DNA of 64,000 bases from Bacillota bacterium. Lineage in GTDB: Bacteria; Bacillota_I; Bacilli_A; Erysipelotrichales; Erysipelotrichaceae. Positions within the stretch are counted from its first letter, which is position 1. Every line of letters starts with the position of its first letter. Both the position numbers and the translations under genes were made by a program. The DNA is taken from contig JAEZBR010000071.1 of assembly GCA_023426935.1 (NCBI GenBank), forward strand, positions 12,859-76,858. Reading direction: 5' to 3'. This document shows, piece after piece, positions 10,592-19,835 of the stretch. The notes under the pieces are model-generated. The model was not told the origin of the DNA, made no database searches, and saw only the letters and a program-made list of their open reading frames with translations.

Positions 10592-11472
10592 GTGAGAAGA
10601 GATATCGTTTCTCCATGTTTATCAAATTTTACAACGGAGAAAAAAATTATACTTATGGTTCCGACGATGCGGGTTTTAATAAAGGTGATCAGGTCGTCGT
10701 CGAGACTTTGAAGGGTTTAGAGTTAGGTTATGTTGCGAATGAACCTTCGGAAGAAGCGATTAGCGAAGAATTCGAAATCAAACCAATCATTCGCAAAGGA
10801 ACCAAACAGGATATCGAAAACTGGGAGCGCAATAAGAATGATGCAGCTACGGCGATGGTTAAATGTAAGGAAGCAATCGATAGACTGGGCTTAGGCATGA
10901 ATTTGACCAGTGCGGAATATACTTTAGATAAAGGGAGACTTACCTTTACTTATGTTGCGGATGAAAGAGTCGACTTTAGAGAATTATTACATGTGCTCGC
11001 ATCGACTTTCCATACCCGAATCGAACTAAGACAGATAGGTCCCCGAGATAAAGCGAAGATTGTTGGCGGAATTGGCTTATGCGGGATGCCACTATGTTGT
11101 GCCCGGTTTCAGAAAGATTTCGATGTTATTTCGATTAACATGGCCAAGAATCAGTTGCTCGCCTTAAATCCTCAGAAGTTATCCGGACAATGCGGTAAAT
11201 TAATGTGTTGTCTGGCTTATGAGAACGATGCGTATAAAGAACTAAGACAAGGTTTACCCAAGATGAATGCCCCAGTCACTTATAAGGGAACAAATTATCG
11301 GGTGACTAGCATGAATGTCTTGGAGAATAGTGCAAAGTTAACCAATTCAGATAGTTATGTTGATCTGACTTTGGATGAATTAAGAACAATTTATCATCCG
11401 GCTAAGAATAACGAAACAAATAACGAAGAAGCGGAAGCTGATCATGCAAAGACAAAAGAGCTTTCAAAGTAA
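10588..11472 (+). CDS. ricT: PSP1-domain protein RicT (YaaT)
   Basis: PSP1 domain with conserved Cys pairs (GMPLCCARF, GQCGKLMCCLAYE). Synteny tmk-holB-yaaT. Confidence 0.85.
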   Translation: MSEKRYRFSMFIKFYNGEKNYTYGSDDAGFNKGDQVVVETLKGLELGYVANEPSEEAISEEFEIKPIIRKGTKQDIENWERNKNDAATAMVKCKEAIDRLGLGMNLTSAEYTLDKGRLTFTYVADERVDFRELLHVLASTFHTRIELRQIGPRDKAKIVGGIGLCGMPLCCARFQKDFDVISINMAKNQLLALNPQKLSGQCGKLMCCLAYENDAYKELRQGLPKMNAPVTYKGTNYRVTSMNVLENSAKLTNSDSYVDLTLDELRTIYHPAKNNETNNEEAEADHAKTKELSK

Positions 11473-12289
11473 TCAGCCAACGCTATATTTAGTGGCTACT
11501 CCCATCGGGAATCTTAGCGAGCTTTCTCCGCGGGCAATCGAGACTTTAAACCAAGTCGATGTCATTGCGGCCGAAGATACCAGAAATACGGGTACTTTAC
11601 TGGCAAAATTTGCGATCAAGACTCCGATGATCACCTATCATTTATTTAATGAGGCTGACAGTGCTCAGGGAATCATCGATCTTTTAAATAAGGGTGAATC
11701 CGTCGCGATTGTTTCAGATGCCGGATATCCGTTAGTGTCGGATCCGGGGCAGACATTAGTAAATCTGACGATCCAAAATAATTTTCCGGTCGTTGTAATA
11801 AACGGACCGTCCGCCTGTTTAACGGCTTTGGTCGCCTCAGGATTACCGGTTCAACCATTTTGTTTCTACGGATTTCTCGATGCGAAAGATACCCAACGCG
11901 TTAAACAGTTAGAAAAATTAAAGAAGCATGAAGAAACTTTAATTTTCTATGAAGCTCCACATCGGATTGAAAGAATGTTGAAAGACGTTTTAATGGTGTT
12001 CGGTGACCGAAAGATTTGTATCGGGCGGGAATTAACGAAGAAGTTTGAAGAATATCTTCGCGGTAATGTTTACGAGATTTTGGAAGTAATCGGGGAATGT
12101 AAAGGTGAAATGGTCGTTGTCGTGGAAGGTTATAATCCTGAACAACAACCGGTTATTTCAATGATGGAAATGATGAATACGGTTGATGAATATATCAAAG
12201 ACGGGATGACAACCTCGGAAGCGATCAAGAAAGCTGCAAAGGATTACGGTGTATCCAAGAATGAGATTTATCACCAATATTTTAGCTAA
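11444..12289 (+). CDS. rsmI: 16S rRNA (cytidine1402-2'-O)-methyltransferase
   Basis: TLYLVATPIGNL and AEDTRNT motifs, tetrapyrrole-methylase fold length. 29-nt overlap with ricT. Confidence 0.9.
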   Translation: MQRQKSFQSNQPTLYLVATPIGNLSELSPRAIETLNQVDVIAAEDTRNTGTLLAKFAIKTPMITYHLFNEADSAQGIIDLLNKGESVAIVSDAGYPLVSDPGQTLVNLTIQNNFPVVVINGPSACLTALVASGLPVQPFCFYGFLDAKDTQRVKQLEKLKKHEETLIFYEAPHRIERMLKDVLMVFGDRKICIGRELTKKFEEYLRGNVYEILEVIGECKGEMVVVVEGYNPEQQPVISMMEMMNTVDEYIKDGMTTSEAIKKAAKDYGVSKNEIYHQYFS

Positions 12290-12300
12290 GGAGAAATTAG

Positions 12301-13050
12301 ATGAACAAAAACTTTATTCGGGCAGAGATCAAAGATAAGGCAAAGAAAATTGTCTTCACCAAGAATTATTTTTACTTACTATCGCTAGCTTTAGTCTTCG
12401 GATTCGCCTGCGCCTTCTATTTCGGTAGCATGGTCTATTTAGACGAGGCTTCTAATGTTGCTTATGTCGATTTAACTTTATTGAATTTTACGATTTATCG
12501 GTTTTATCCCGCCCAACTTAATTTGGCTTATAAGATTATTTCGATTGGTTCAGTTGCCTGGTCAATATTTACTATTTTTATCGGAAACGTTTTGACCTAT
12601 GGAATCCGTAATGCCTATTATCAAATCTCTTTAGGTAATTGGAAGTATTCAATCTTCGAGGGTTTTAAACATAATTATTGGAACATTGTAAAGACCTTAT
12701 TCCTTAAGAGTTTGTATATTACCTTATGGACGTTATGCTTCATTATCCCGGGAATCATCCGACAGTATGATTATTATTTTGTGGATTATATCTTAGCGAA
12801 AGATCCGACTAGAAAATCCAGTGAAGTCTTAAAAGAAGCGAAAGAGATGGTTATGGGATATAAAGCGAATATCTTCGTGTTCGATCTGTCGTTCTTCTTA
12901 TGGCTATTCCTAGGAGCAGCTTTACAGACGATTACTTTCGGACTAGGCAGAGTCTTGGTTTATCCTTATATCTTAGAATCCCAAGCGCTACTCTATTCAC
13001 ACTTCAATACGCATTCTCAACCAATATACGCTGAACAAGCAATTAACTAA
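12301..13050 (+). CDS. DUF975-family integral membrane protein
   Basis: Multi-TM protein with the typical N-terminal IRAEIKDKAKK... region. GGAG RBS. Confidence 0.6.
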   Translation: MNKNFIRAEIKDKAKKIVFTKNYFYLLSLALVFGFACAFYFGSMVYLDEASNVAYVDLTLLNFTIYRFYPAQLNLAYKIISIGSVAWSIFTIFIGNVLTYGIRNAYYQISLGNWKYSIFEGFKHNYWNIVKTLFLKSLYITLWTLCFIIPGIIRQYDYYFVDYILAKDPTRKSSEVLKEAKEMVMGYKANIFVFDLSFFLWLFLGAALQTITFGLGRVLVYPYILESQALLYSHFNTHSQPIYAEQAIN

Positions 13051-13076
13051 AAACGAGGTTATTCCTCGTTTTTTTG
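13050..13076. terminator. Bidirectional terminator
   Basis: aaaacgagg / cctcgtttt stem with a T-run. Overlaps the stop codon of the minus-strand gene. Confidence 0.65.
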
Positions 13077-13646
13077 TCCGTAAGTATCGATCTTCTGCTG
13101 GGTCTTGGGTTCGATAAGCTCCAACTTATATTGTTGAATTTTGTTATGCTTCTTAACATAGTAAGGAGAATCTTCGGGAATAATTATCTCTTTGTTAAAC
13201 TTAGCCCCTAAAGATTCATAGAAAGGCAGTAAGGGGTCTTTCTTCTCACCAACAAAATATAAGTGACTCATTAAATGATTTTTGGCCACTTCAATCAGTT
13301 TATTAGTAATTTCTCTTCTTTGAGTTTCTGTTAAATTCTCGACTTCGATCCGGATATGACCACCATAGAAAGAATCGGCTTCCTGAGCCATATATAGCCG
13401 GCAGGTACCAATCTTGAGATTCGCCTTCTTTTCGATGACTTCAAAATCGTAATGTAACTGAGTTTTGTGATAGATATTCTGTTCCGATTTGCTCTTACGA
13501 TATAAATAGTTGGAACTTTCTAACTCATTTTCTTTCAGTTTATAACGATTAACAGCAGAATTAAGTTGGGAGCCGATATAAGCAGTAAGAACTCCCACAC
13601 TTCCGACCATTAACGTTCTTTTTAGAAAAGACTTGTGTTTAGCCAT
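13059..13646 (-). CDS. Membrane-anchored protein with atypical GNAT-like C-terminal fold, unknown function
   Basis: Start set at ATG 13646 (MAKHKS...) with AGGTGA 5 nt upstream. One N-terminal TM helix. C-terminal LLPFYESLGAKF resembles a GNAT beta-strand/helix. Confidence 0.5.
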   Translation of the reverse strand: MAKHKSFLKRTLMVGSVGVLTAYIGSQLNSAVNRYKLKENELESSNYLYRKSKSEQNIYHKTQLHYDFEVIEKKANLKIGTCRLYMAQEADSFYGGHIRIEVENLTETQRREITNKLIEVAKNHLMSHLYFVGEKKDPLLPFYESLGAKFNKEIIIPEDSPYYVKKHNKIQQYKLELIEPKTQQKIDTYGQKNEE

Positions 13647-13677
13647 AGTTATCACCTGAACCAATTATAACATTCGT

Positions 13678-13706
13678 TTACAATTTTGGATATATTCGAT
13701 ATACTA
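13678..13706 (+). promoter_or_regulatory. Putative sigma-A promoter of the metG leader
   Basis: TTTACA, 17 nt spacer, TATACT. Confidence 0.45.
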
Positions 13707-13712
13707 GAGCCA

Positions 13713-13916
13713 GTAAAGACAGTGAAGAACAGAGTAACAAAACCGGATTTTCTTAGGAAGGAACGAAGCATTGAAAGTTCTAGACCGGAATTGTGAACAT
13801 GGGTTCGGAGTTGGAATTTCGAGAAGTAGAAATTCCCGTACAGCGGCGTTAACCTTATTGAGCAGTAAACAAGGTGGTACCACGTACTAGTCAGCGTCCT
13901 TAGGGGATGCTTTTTT
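13713..13916 (+). promoter_or_regulatory. T-box riboswitch leader, methionine specifier
   Basis: Conserved T-box sequence AAGGTGGTACCACG at 13871-13884. AUG in the specifier-loop context gtgaacATGggttc (13799-13801). Terminator agcgtcc/ggatgct plus T6 at 13893-13916. Confidence 0.8.
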
Positions 13917-13928
13917 ATTGGAGGAAAC

Positions 13929-15839
13929 ATGGAAAAGAAACCTTATTATATTTCAACCGCAATCGCTTATACTTCGGGGAAGCCGCATATCGGAAATACC
14001 TATGAAATCGTTCTGGCAGATGCAATCGCTAGGTATAAACGGTTAGAAGGCTATGATGTGTATTTTCAGACCGGAACCGATGAACATGGTCAGAAGATTC
14101 AAGAAAAGGCGGAGAAGGCCGGTATTGAACCGCAAAAATATGTTGACCAAATCTCTGGCGAAGTAAAGAAAGTCTGGGATTTGATGAATACTTCCTATGA
14201 TCGTTTTATTCGGACGACCGATGAAGATCATGTTAAGGAAGTTCAGAAAATCTTTAAAAAGATGTATGACAAAGGAGATATTTATAAAGGGGAGTATGAA
14301 GGCTGGTATTGCACGGAATGTGAAGCGTTTTATACCCAATCGCAATTAGTGGATGGTAAATGTCCGGATTGTCACGGGGCAGTAAAGAAAGCCAAAGAAG
14401 AAGCATATTTCTTCAGAATGAGCAATTACGCCGATCGCTTAATGAAGTATATTGAGGATCATCCGCAGTTTATTCAACCTGAATCAAGAAAAAACGAGAT
14501 GGTAAATAACTTCTTAAAACCGGGATTACAGGATCTCTGTGTTTCCCGAACTTCTTTCAGTTGGGGAATCCCCGTCGATTTCGATCCCAAACATGTTATT
14601 TATGTTTGGATTGACGCTTTAGCGAACTATATTACCGGGATTGGTTATGACGTGGATCATCCTAGCGAGAAATTTAAGAAATATTGGCCGGCTGATGTAC
14701 ATTTAATCGGTAAAGATATTTTGCGTTTCCATACAATCTACTGGCCAATCATGTTAATGTCCTTAGATTTACCGTTACCTAAACAGGTTTTTGGACATCC
14801 TTGGTTATTAATGAACGGTTCTAAGATGAGTAAGAGCTTAGGAAATGTGATTTACGCAGATGATTTAGTTAAAATTATGGGCGTCGATGCGGTCCGATTC
14901 TTTGTGTTGCATGAGATGCCGTTTGCGCAGGATGGAAACATTACCTGGGAATTAGTTGTTGAAAGAGTTAATACGGATTTAGCGAATACTTTGGGAAACT
15001 TAGTATCCCGAACCATCGCCATGGTAAATAAATACTTTAACGGTGTAATTGAAAAGCCAAGGGAAGTAACTGATTTAGATCAGGAATTAATATCTTTAGC
15101 GTTAAAAACCCCAAAGTTAGTTTCCGAAAAGATGGAAGAATTACGGGTCGCCGATTCAATCGATCAGATTTTAGAACTACTAAGAAGATGTAATAAATAT
15201 ATCGATGAAACGGAACCTTGGAAGTTAGCGAAGGATGAAGCTTCTAAACCAAGATTGAATGCGGTTCTCTATAATCTTTTGGAAGCGATCAGATTCTCGG
15301 CGGTTTTATTAAGACCTTATCTACCGGCTAGCTCCGAGAAAATCTTGCATGATCTCAATACCGATTTAGATAGTTTGGATTCCTTGAAGGAATTCGGCCA
15401 ATTGCCAAGCGGTACGAAGGTTGTGGAGAAAGTCGAACCTTTATTCCAAAGATTAGATCTCAACGAAGTCATTAAACAGGCCGAAAGTTTAAGTCCGGTG
15501 AAGCCTTTAAACCAACATCAGAGTGAAATTAATATTGACGATTTTTCAAAAGTTGAACTGAGAGTCGGGACAATCTTGGAATGCGTTAAGCATCCTAAGG
15601 CGGAGAAGTTATTGATTGAAAAGATTGATATTGGGAATGAAGTACGGCAGATTGTTTCTGGGATTGCGGAAAGTTATAAGCCTGAAGAATTAGTCGGCAA
15701 GAAAGTTATTGTGGTCTGTAATTTAAAGCCGGTCGAATTAAGAGGCGTTAAATCCGAAGGAATGATTCTAGCGGGTAAGAATGATAAAGAAATTAAGGTC
15801 TTAACCCTAGATCTGCCGAACGGAACGAAAATTAGTTAA
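13929..15839 (+). CDS. metG: Methionyl-tRNA synthetase with C-terminal tRNA-binding (EMAP-like) domain
   Basis: HIGN (KPHIGNTYE) and KMSKS motifs, Zn knuckle CTECE...CPDC, C-terminal FSKVELRVG domain. Confidence 0.95.
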   Translation: MEKKPYYISTAIAYTSGKPHIGNTYEIVLADAIARYKRLEGYDVYFQTGTDEHGQKIQEKAEKAGIEPQKYVDQISGEVKKVWDLMNTSYDRFIRTTDEDHVKEVQKIFKKMYDKGDIYKGEYEGWYCTECEAFYTQSQLVDGKCPDCHGAVKKAKEEAYFFRMSNYADRLMKYIEDHPQFIQPESRKNEMVNNFLKPGLQDLCVSRTSFSWGIPVDFDPKHVIYVWIDALANYITGIGYDVDHPSEKFKKYWPADVHLIGKDILRFHTIYWPIMLMSLDLPLPKQVFGHPWLLMNGSKMSKSLGNVIYADDLVKIMGVDAVRFFVLHEMPFAQDGNITWELVVERVNTDLANTLGNLVSRTIAMVNKYFNGVIEKPREVTDLDQELISLALKTPKLVSEKMEELRVADSIDQILELLRRCNKYIDETEPWKLAKDEASKPRLNAVLYNLLEAIRFSAVLLRPYLPASSEKILHDLNTDLDSLDSLKEFGQLPSGTKVVEKVEPLFQRLDLNEVIKQAESLSPVKPLNQHQSEINIDDFSKVELRVGTILECVKHPKAEKLLIEKIDIGNEVRQIVSGIAESYKPEELVGKKVIVVCNLKPVELRGVKSEGMILAGKNDKEIKVLTLDLPNGTKIS

Positions 15840-15991
15840 GCAATATTCATGCTTATGTGATCTTTCAAAACCGTACCGATTTTGTGAGGAAAGTTGCATT
15901 GTTGTGAACAAAACCTACTGTTAACCGTATTTTATCTAGCTAATTCGCTTTTCAGCGAAAGTTCCTGTTTTGAAACGAGAATTAAAAGAAG

Positions 15992-16044
15992 GGTGATAAA
16001 TCTACTTTCTCATTGTGATGAGTGATTAAGATTTATCACCTTTT
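15992..16044 (+). terminator. Long hairpin plus T-run about 150 nt downstream of the metG stop
   Basis: 12-bp stem ggtgataaatct / agatttatcacc, a 25-nt loop holding a nested ctcat/atgag stem, then TTTT. Confidence 0.5.
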
Positions 16045-16256
16045 AATATTGCCATCTCTAAAGATATAATTATTTAGGATAAGGTAATAGACCCTTCATC
16101 AATGAAACTCCGCATTCTGTACATTAAAATAAAAAAACAAGAACTTCCAGTAAGGAATGAAAAGGAACTTTCAACAATAATTAAAGAACTTTTCTACATT
16201 TTCTTCAAAGCGGGGATAAATGATATAATACTAACCAAGAGGTAAAAGTTTAGCCC

Positions 16257-17546
16257 ATGAAAAAGATCCTCATCGTACTTTGTCTATGCGTCATAACTTT
16301 ATCCGGATGTAGTAGTTCCCAGCAGGAATATGTGAATCGATCTTTGGTTGTAGCCGGGAATGCGACATCGTACTTTCAAAATCGTAACGATAAACAATTC
16401 TATTTATTACTCGATAGTAATTTAAAGGATCGTTTAACTGAGGAAGAACTATCCTCAGAGCTAGATAACATCGTTAGAATCTACGGTAAAGTTAAAGAGA
16501 TTAGCACCGACAATACCAGTTATGTGAATAAAGATAGCGAATTAGAAATTGATGTACCGGTTCGCTTTACTTCGGGTTGGATGGACTTTCAATATTCAAT
16601 CAATGAGTCCGGTTCGATCACTAGTTTTAAGATCGTATCTTCGGAAATGTTAGATGAGTCGGGTTATAAAGAAACGAAGGGAACTTATGAGTTCTCTGAT
16701 TACAGTGAAACCTATGTTTATACCGAACCTAAAGCTATAAATGAAAAGACCCCGATTTTGATTATGATTCATGGTAAGGATGCGTTCGATCGTAATAGTA
16801 CGGTGGGGGTGAATCGGGTTTTCCGTTCTTTGGCTTATCAATTAGCGGATAATAAGATCGCCAGTGTGCGATATGATCGAATTGTATCGTCATATGAAGT
16901 CGACGATTCCAGAGAATTAATTGTTGAAGAATTACAGGCGATACTCAAAGCCCTTAAGGACGATAAGGTCTTGGAAGAACATCCAATCTATTTATTCGGT
17001 TATGGGATCGGCGGATATTTAATGCCTTATATCGCCAATCAAGTAAGCAGTGATGGTTATATCATCGCAAATGCGCCAGCGGAAAATTTAGCCCAGGGGT
17101 TCTATGATGAAAAAATATATCTGATCGATCTAGATACTTCCTATGACGATGAAGAAAAAGCGACCAAGAAGAAAGAAGCGAAAGCAACCTTAGATATCAT
17201 TAATTCCTTAAATAGTCCCAGTGACTATACCCGGAAACTATTCGGATATAATAGCTCGTTCTGGCTGGAAATTAAGAACTATGATGCGTTAAGTATGGTG
17301 AAGAATATTAAGAAACCGGTGATGGTCATCGCGGGTAGTAACGATTACGAAGTAAGCACGGATGATTATAATTCTTGGGTCGAAGCCTTAAGTGATAACA
17401 AACAAGCAGATTTAAAGTTCTACAAAGATCTCGATCATTTATTCATCGTCAGACACACCCAATCTAAACCTGCGGATGCCTTAAGCGAAGGGACTTTATC
17501 TCCGGCTTTAGTTAAAGATCTAGTCGGTTTTGTCCAAGGTGAATAG
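16257..17546 (+). CDS. Lipoprotein with N-terminal DUF3887-like domain and alpha/beta-hydrolase fold (nucleophile Ser apparently missing)
   Basis: Signal peptide plus lipobox LSGC. HG oxyanion motif (IMIHGKD). Nucleophile elbow reads GYGIGG. Asp (GSNDYE) and His (DLDHLF) are retained. Confidence 0.7.
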   Translation: MKKILIVLCLCVITLSGCSSSQQEYVNRSLVVAGNATSYFQNRNDKQFYLLLDSNLKDRLTEEELSSELDNIVRIYGKVKEISTDNTSYVNKDSELEIDVPVRFTSGWMDFQYSINESGSITSFKIVSSEMLDESGYKETKGTYEFSDYSETYVYTEPKAINEKTPILIMIHGKDAFDRNSTVGVNRVFRSLAYQLADNKIASVRYDRIVSSYEVDDSRELIVEELQAILKALKDDKVLEEHPIYLFGYGIGGYLMPYIANQVSSDGYIIANAPAENLAQGFYDEKIYLIDLDTSYDDEEKATKKKEAKATLDIINSLNSPSDYTRKLFGYNSSFWLEIKNYDALSMVKNIKKPVMVIAGSNDYEVSTDDYNSWVEALSDNKQADLKFYKDLDHLFIVRHTQSKPADALSEGTLSPALVKDLVGFVQGE

Positions 17547-17594
17547 GGATTGAAACAAATTTCAAAATTATTTTCTGAAACATTCTGAAAATTA

Positions 17595-17624
17595 TTGACA
17601 TTATCAACGGACAAAGTCTATTAT
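17595..17624 (+). promoter_or_regulatory. Putative sigma-A promoter of glnN
   Basis: TTGACA, 18 nt spacer, TATTAT, about 30 nt upstream of the GGGGAGG RBS. Confidence 0.45.
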
Positions 17625-17654
17625 TTTCCCATCAAAATCGGGGAGGTAAGGACG

Positions 17655-19724
17655 ATGGAAAAGGTAATGTCAATTTTTGGGAGTGAAGTATTTAACGATG
17701 AAGCCATGCGTCAGAAACTACCTAAAGATGTTTATCTGAAATTAAAAAGTACGATTGAAGAAGGAAAACCGTTAGATAATCATATTGCCGGAGCAGTGGC
17801 GAATGCGATGAAGGACTGGGCAGTAGAAAAAGGTGCGACCCATTATACGCATTGGTTCCAACCGATGACCGGAATCACTGCCGAAAAACATGAGAGTTTT
17901 ATTTCACCGGTCGGAAATTCCTCGATTATTATGGAATTCTCCGGAAAGGAATTAGTCCAAGGCGAACCAGACGCCTCTAGCTTTCCAAGCGGTGGGATGC
18001 GTTCAACTTTTGAAGCTCGAGGATATACGGCTTGGGATCCGACATCTTACGCTTTTATCAAAGATGGCGTTTTATGTATCCCGACAATCTTTTTAGCATA
18101 TTCCGGGGCAAGCTTAGCTAAGAAAACCCCGTTATTAAAATCGATGGCGGAATTAAACAAACAAGCGTTGAGAGTCTTGAAGTTATTCGGTTCGAAAGCG
18201 AAAAGAGTAAGCCCAACTGTCGGAGCCGAACAAGAATACTTCTTAGTCAAGGAAGAGTTTTACCGGCAAAGGAAGGATCTGATTTTAACCGGCCGAACTT
18301 TATTCGGTTCTCCAATGGCCAAGGGTCAGGAAATGAATGACCATTATTTTACCAGTTTAGATCCAAGCGTTCAGGAGTTTATGAACGACTTAGACAACCG
18401 TTTGTGGAAGTTAGGAATCTATGCGAAGACCGAACATAAAGAAGTCGCACCGGGACAGTATGAACTGGCATGTATCTATGTGAACGCGAACTTAGCGACC
18501 GATCAGAATCAGATTGTGATGGAGATGATGCAGAAAGTTGCCAAGCAGCACCATTATGTTTGTTTGTTGCATGAGAAACCCTTTGAAGGAATTAACGGTT
18601 CTGGGAAACATAATAATTGGTCCTTGATGAGTGATACCGGAGAGAATTTACTAGAACCCGGAGATACCCCGGAAGAGAATGCACAGTTCCTAGTCTTTTT
18701 CTTAGCGGTTGTGGCGGCGGTTGACCAATACCAGGATTTACTAAGAATCTCGGTCGCTTCAGCCTCGAACGATCATCGCTTAGGTGCGAATGAAGCCCCA
18801 CCGGCTATCGTTTCGATGTTTATCGGTGAAGATTTAAGTAGGGTTTTAGAAGGAATAAAGAGTGGCAAGAAAGTTCACGGTAAGAACCACAGTTATTTAA
18901 AAGTAGGTACCGATGTTTTACCGGAATTTAAACAGGATACTACCGATCGCAACCGGACTTCCCCCTTCGCTTTCACTGGCAACAAGTTTGAGTTTAGAAT
19001 GTTGGGTTCCAGTTTCTCAATCTCCTGTCCTAATCAGATCTTAAATGTAATCGTCTCTGATCAGTTACAGCTGATTGCGGACAAACTAGAGAAGGCAGAA
19101 GATTTTACTACCGAACTGAATAAGCTGACCCAGGATTTAATTAATGAACATTCACGGATTATTTTCAACGGAAACGGATATGATGAGAAATGGTTAGATG
19201 AAGCTAAGAAGCGTGGCTTAGTAAACTATGCGACTTCGGCCGAAGCGATTCCTCACTATCTCGATCAAAAGAACGTCGAATTATTTAAACGACATAATAT
19301 ATTTACCGAGGAAGAAATGACTTCCCGAATGGAAACTTTATTGGATAATTATTCCAAGACAATCGATATTGAGGCGAAGACCTTGAAAGAATTAACCGAA
19401 AAAGAAATCTTACCGGGCGTGTTGGCTTATCAGAAAGAACTAGGTCAGTTAATTAAGTTAAAGAAAGATTACTTAGATCCCCATGCGGAGATTGTTATCT
19501 TAAAAGAAATCGATCAACTTACCGTTAAGACTTATCAAGCAGTCAAAGAGTTAGAAGAGGCGATTCATAATAACCAAGATAAAGATGAGATTTTATCCGC
19601 GAAGTATCATTGCGAAGTTATCTTACCGAAGATGGAAGCCCTAAGGAAGCCATTAGATATTTTAGAAACGAAAGTTCCCAAGAGTTTCTGGAAACTACCG
19701 ACTTACGAAGATCTGTTATTCTAA
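17655..19724 (+). CDS. glnN: Glutamine synthetase type III
   Basis: About 690 aa. N-terminal FGSEVFNDEAMRQKLPKDVY...GATHYTHWFQPMTG typical of GSIII. Start set at ATG 17655 behind GGGGAGG. Confidence 0.9.
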   Translation: MEKVMSIFGSEVFNDEAMRQKLPKDVYLKLKSTIEEGKPLDNHIAGAVANAMKDWAVEKGATHYTHWFQPMTGITAEKHESFISPVGNSSIIMEFSGKELVQGEPDASSFPSGGMRSTFEARGYTAWDPTSYAFIKDGVLCIPTIFLAYSGASLAKKTPLLKSMAELNKQALRVLKLFGSKAKRVSPTVGAEQEYFLVKEEFYRQRKDLILTGRTLFGSPMAKGQEMNDHYFTSLDPSVQEFMNDLDNRLWKLGIYAKTEHKEVAPGQYELACIYVNANLATDQNQIVMEMMQKVAKQHHYVCLLHEKPFEGINGSGKHNNWSLMSDTGENLLEPGDTPEENAQFLVFFLAVVAAVDQYQDLLRISVASASNDHRLGANEAPPAIVSMFIGEDLSRVLEGIKSGKKVHGKNHSYLKVGTDVLPEFKQDTTDRNRTSPFAFTGNKFEFRMLGSSFSISCPNQILNVIVSDQLQLIADKLEKAEDFTTELNKLTQDLINEHSRIIFNGNGYDEKWLDEAKKRGLVNYATSAEAIPHYLDQKNVELFKRHNIFTEEEMTSRMETLLDNYSKTIDIEAKTLKELTEKEILPGVLAYQKELGQLIKLKKDYLDPHAEIVILKEIDQLTVKTYQAVKELEEAIHNNQDKDEILSAKYHCEVILPKMEALRKPLDILETKVPKSFWKLPTYEDLLF

Positions 19725-19741
19725 TTATATTTAAGAATCCT

Positions 19742-19772
19742 AAAATTACTCAATTCGACTTGAGTAATTTTT
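19742..19772 (+). terminator. Rho-independent terminator of glnN
   Basis: aaaattactcaa / ttgagtaatttt stem, 6-nt loop, T-run. Confidence 0.65.
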
Positions 19773-19835
19773 GCCTGAGTAATTTTCAATAGCATTTAAT
19801 GATACAATAGGAAACGAAAGAAAGCTGAGAAAGAT

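Noticed and set aside
13652-13930. 92-aa minus-strand ORF from the ORF track
   Set aside because: It lies entirely antisense to the T-box leader of metG. It has no RBS and an odd composition. The region is explained by the riboswitch.
16102-16245. 47-aa plus-strand ORF (MKLRILYIKIKKQELPV...) in the metG downstream spacer
   Set aside because: There is no convincing RBS within 5-10 nt and no recognisable motif. It overlaps the likely promoter of the following lipoprotein gene.
19761-19786. Direct repeat TGAGTAATTTT x2 after glnN as a possible alternative-terminator switch
   Set aside because: The first copy is simply the 3' arm of the glnN terminator. The second copy could pair with the same 5' arm, but no upstream sensing element or downstream regulated gene fits, and mnmG has its own spacing.
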